Source of the DNA: Vicugna vicugna
Lineage: Eukaryota
DNA length: 64,000 nucleotides
Assembly: GCA_013265495.1 (NCBI GenBank)
Contig: MU057887.1
Span: 1,811,985 to 1,875,984 of the forward strand
Reading direction: 5' to 3'
The position numbers and the translations under genes are program-made. The notes under the pieces are model-generated. The model searched no databases. It had not been told where the DNA came from and saw only the letters and a program-made list of their open reading frames with translations. Positions 61,492 through 64,000 of this stretch are shown here, in pieces. Each line of letters starts with the position of its first letter. Position 1 is the stretch's first letter.

Positions 61492-64000
61492 CCACAAGCG
61501 CCCGAGCGCAGCATTTCCTTAACGAGGCCACGCACCTGGGGAGGCGGCCCAGTTGTCAGGCGCTCACAGCTGCATGGGGACTGGAGAGAGCGCTGGCCCC
61601 CTGTTCACTGTGTAGCTGGCCGTTAAGCTCAGGCCTCTGCTGTAGGGCTCATCAGGCGTCTGGTCAGCTATCTGGGGCTTTGTCTTCAGGGAGGATGGGT
61701 TCTGGCTCTTTAGTGCTTGGTCTCCGTTGCTGCCTGTGGCGCATCTGGGCACAGGTGTGTCCTCAGCCCCGTGGGGACAGAGCTGACCCAGGGGCAGCGG
61801 CCCCTGAGTATGGGTGCGTGGTGCCCGAGCCTCTCCGGGTTTGTGCGTTTATTCACATGAAGACTCTCCGGAGCGTCTAAAAGAGGAACCACACTTAGGC
61901 ATACGGGTAAGGGCACACCTTTCGTGGGGGAAAACCCTCATGAAACTGGGGCTGCCTTGTCCCTCGGGGACGGGTGCAGGGTTAGAGACTGACGAAGGGG
62001 ACAGGCTCTGGGGCCAGGCAGAGAAGGGTTACGTCCCGGTGCCTGCACTGACCAGCTGTGCGGCTCTGGCCGGTCCCTTCTCTCTGGACCCGGCTTCCTC
62101 TTCTATAGCGTGATGTGGCCTTTGGTGAAGTCAAAGCGGATGAGGCGTGCCAGGTGGTAACTTCTCAGAGGTGTGGCGGTGACCACGTTTGCCAGGTAAG
62201 TTGGCCGTGCGGTTTGTCACCAGGGCTGGGGCTGAGGGGGGTACTGACTGGGTCATTTTGTGTGTGTAGGGGGTGAGTGTTTGGGGGAAATATTCCCATA
62301 GGATCCACTTTGCACTGTAAACGGGGGGCTGGAGCCTTCTCCTGGGTCCTGGGATGAGGACAGTTTACGAATTATCTTGTCCCATCTTGTCTCTGAGGCT
62401 GGCCTGTTACCATCCCCACCTCCGGGGGAGGGTCCCGCAGCTCTCGTGTGATGGGGCCGGACTTGAGCTCGGTCACCTGGCCCCAGCCCCCCACACCTGT
62501 GGCCTCCAAAGTCTGGAACTGAGTCCCCCTTCTCAGCAGAAAAAAAAAAGTTGGAGTCAATGAGCCAACATAAGTGTAATTATTCATTTATAAATTACAC
62601 ACACGTATGTGCATTATGAGATATTTATAATTGAAGTGAGAAACACTGAAACAGAGATGAAGTAACTAACATATTGCTAAAGTAGTATTCAAATCTCATT
62701 CTATCAACAGTACTAAAACCATTTTGTTTTCACTAAAATGTTATTAAACATTTTCTTTTAGTGAGTGCCATCTGATTGTACTTCTGTTTTGGGGGGATCT
62801 TGCCTGAGAAGTTTGTGATCCTGTGATCTGAGGGTGTGGTTCTAAGCCTTGTCACTCCCGTGCTTGGTTTTAACAACATCAGTGGTCACACAGTCTCACA
62901 GACCGCGGGCCCAAGGGAGGGGAGCCTCGCCGCCGGGGCTCCCCGTCGACCGGGGTGTCCATCCTCCACCACGCACGTGAGATGCGCCGGGATGTGGCTG
63001 GTACCCCCCCCACCTTCCCAGAGATGCCGTCCCTTGTTCTTGTGGGCGACACACTCACACACACACGCACACACACAACACACGTACATGTGCACACACA
63101 AATGAGCACAAACACACTGAAACTTTCCATACAAAAGATTTTTTCACAGTTAGACAATATTTTCCCACGTGTTTTAAGCGGATAGATTAGAATTTTATAG
63201 ACAGATGAACGCACAGCAGTGCAAACGTTTCCCCAAGGCCAAGACCATTCTCAAAACATATTCGTTGCTCGGAAGGTCAGTCTCCCCCTCTCGCTGTCGA
63301 CACCATCACCTTACCTGAGTGACTCACGCATCCTGCGCACGGCTGCTGGTGGCGGGAGGTGCAGCAGGAAGGCCCGCTGCTCCCCAGCTTGGACGTGGAC
63401 AGCCTCCTCGCCTGCCCTGGCCACCCCTCCTCCTTCCCGTGGAGCAGCCTCCCCGGCCTCCCTCCTGAGGCGGCCCCTCCGGCGAGGGATCCTTCTGGAA
63501 GGCACAGGCAGCCCTGCCTCCCCTGAACAGGGGCCCTCAGGGTCATGGTGGGGTGTCTCTGAAACCTGGGTGCCCGTGGGCGACCCCTCCTTGAGCCAGG
63601 AGAGGCGTGTCCTGTGGTGTCCAGGTGGAGGAATGATGCCTGGTGGGGAGGGGATGGCGAGGACACTGCTCCCTGGGCGGGGCTGCGTGGCCGGGGGCGG
63701 GGGTGACCTGATCGTGCACCTGGGCCGGCGGACCCGGGTCAGCAGGGCAGGCGGACCTGGCTCTTGGCCAGAGAGTCAAGAATGTTCCAAGTTGCTTTTA
63801 GTTACCTTCTGGCTCTTTCTGTGGGGCTGTCTAGACAATGTCCTGTCTCCCCTCTGCGGAGATCTGGTTGGAGTCTTCCAGCAACACCACCATGGTTTTA
63901 AAATACGTCCCCCACATTCTTAGATCTTCTCACTTCAAAGGACAGAGCCCGGTCTGCTCCCTTGAGTGTGGCTGGACGCAGCGAGTCACTTCTGATGGCG

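Overview
GC-rich mammalian genomic DNA, almost certainly camelid (alpaca/llama/camel): it carries five tRNA-Ala-derived SINEs with the Vic-1-type 'AAACCTAATTACCTCCCC' tail. The only gene I can support is the 3' end of TBC1D22A (Rab-GAP, TBC domain) on the + strand. It comprises a 96-nt penultimate coding exon (21322-21417), a 21.8-kb last intron, the terminal coding exon (43234-43362) and a 3' UTR with two AATAAA signals (43773, 45089). Bases 1-21321 are intron and about 45.1-64 kb looks intergenic. The rest is interspersed repeats (old and young L1, L2, MIR, MER3, MER5A, an MLT2 LTR, an ERV1-type solo LTR), microsatellites, two local tandem duplications, and several AT-rich unique islands that look like conserved enhancers. 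The hundreds of ORFs in the track are chance ORFs of GC-rich DNA or decayed L1. I found no convincing novel multi-gene system. The most notable signals are patchy, extreme AT-to-GC rewriting of old repeats (candidate GC-biased gene conversion hotspots), a multi-hairpin AT-rich element at about 54.6 kb, HOX/CDX/SOX motif clusters and a recent 325-bp duplication. Repeat subfamily names are from remembered consensus sequences, and repeat boundaries without TSDs are approximate.
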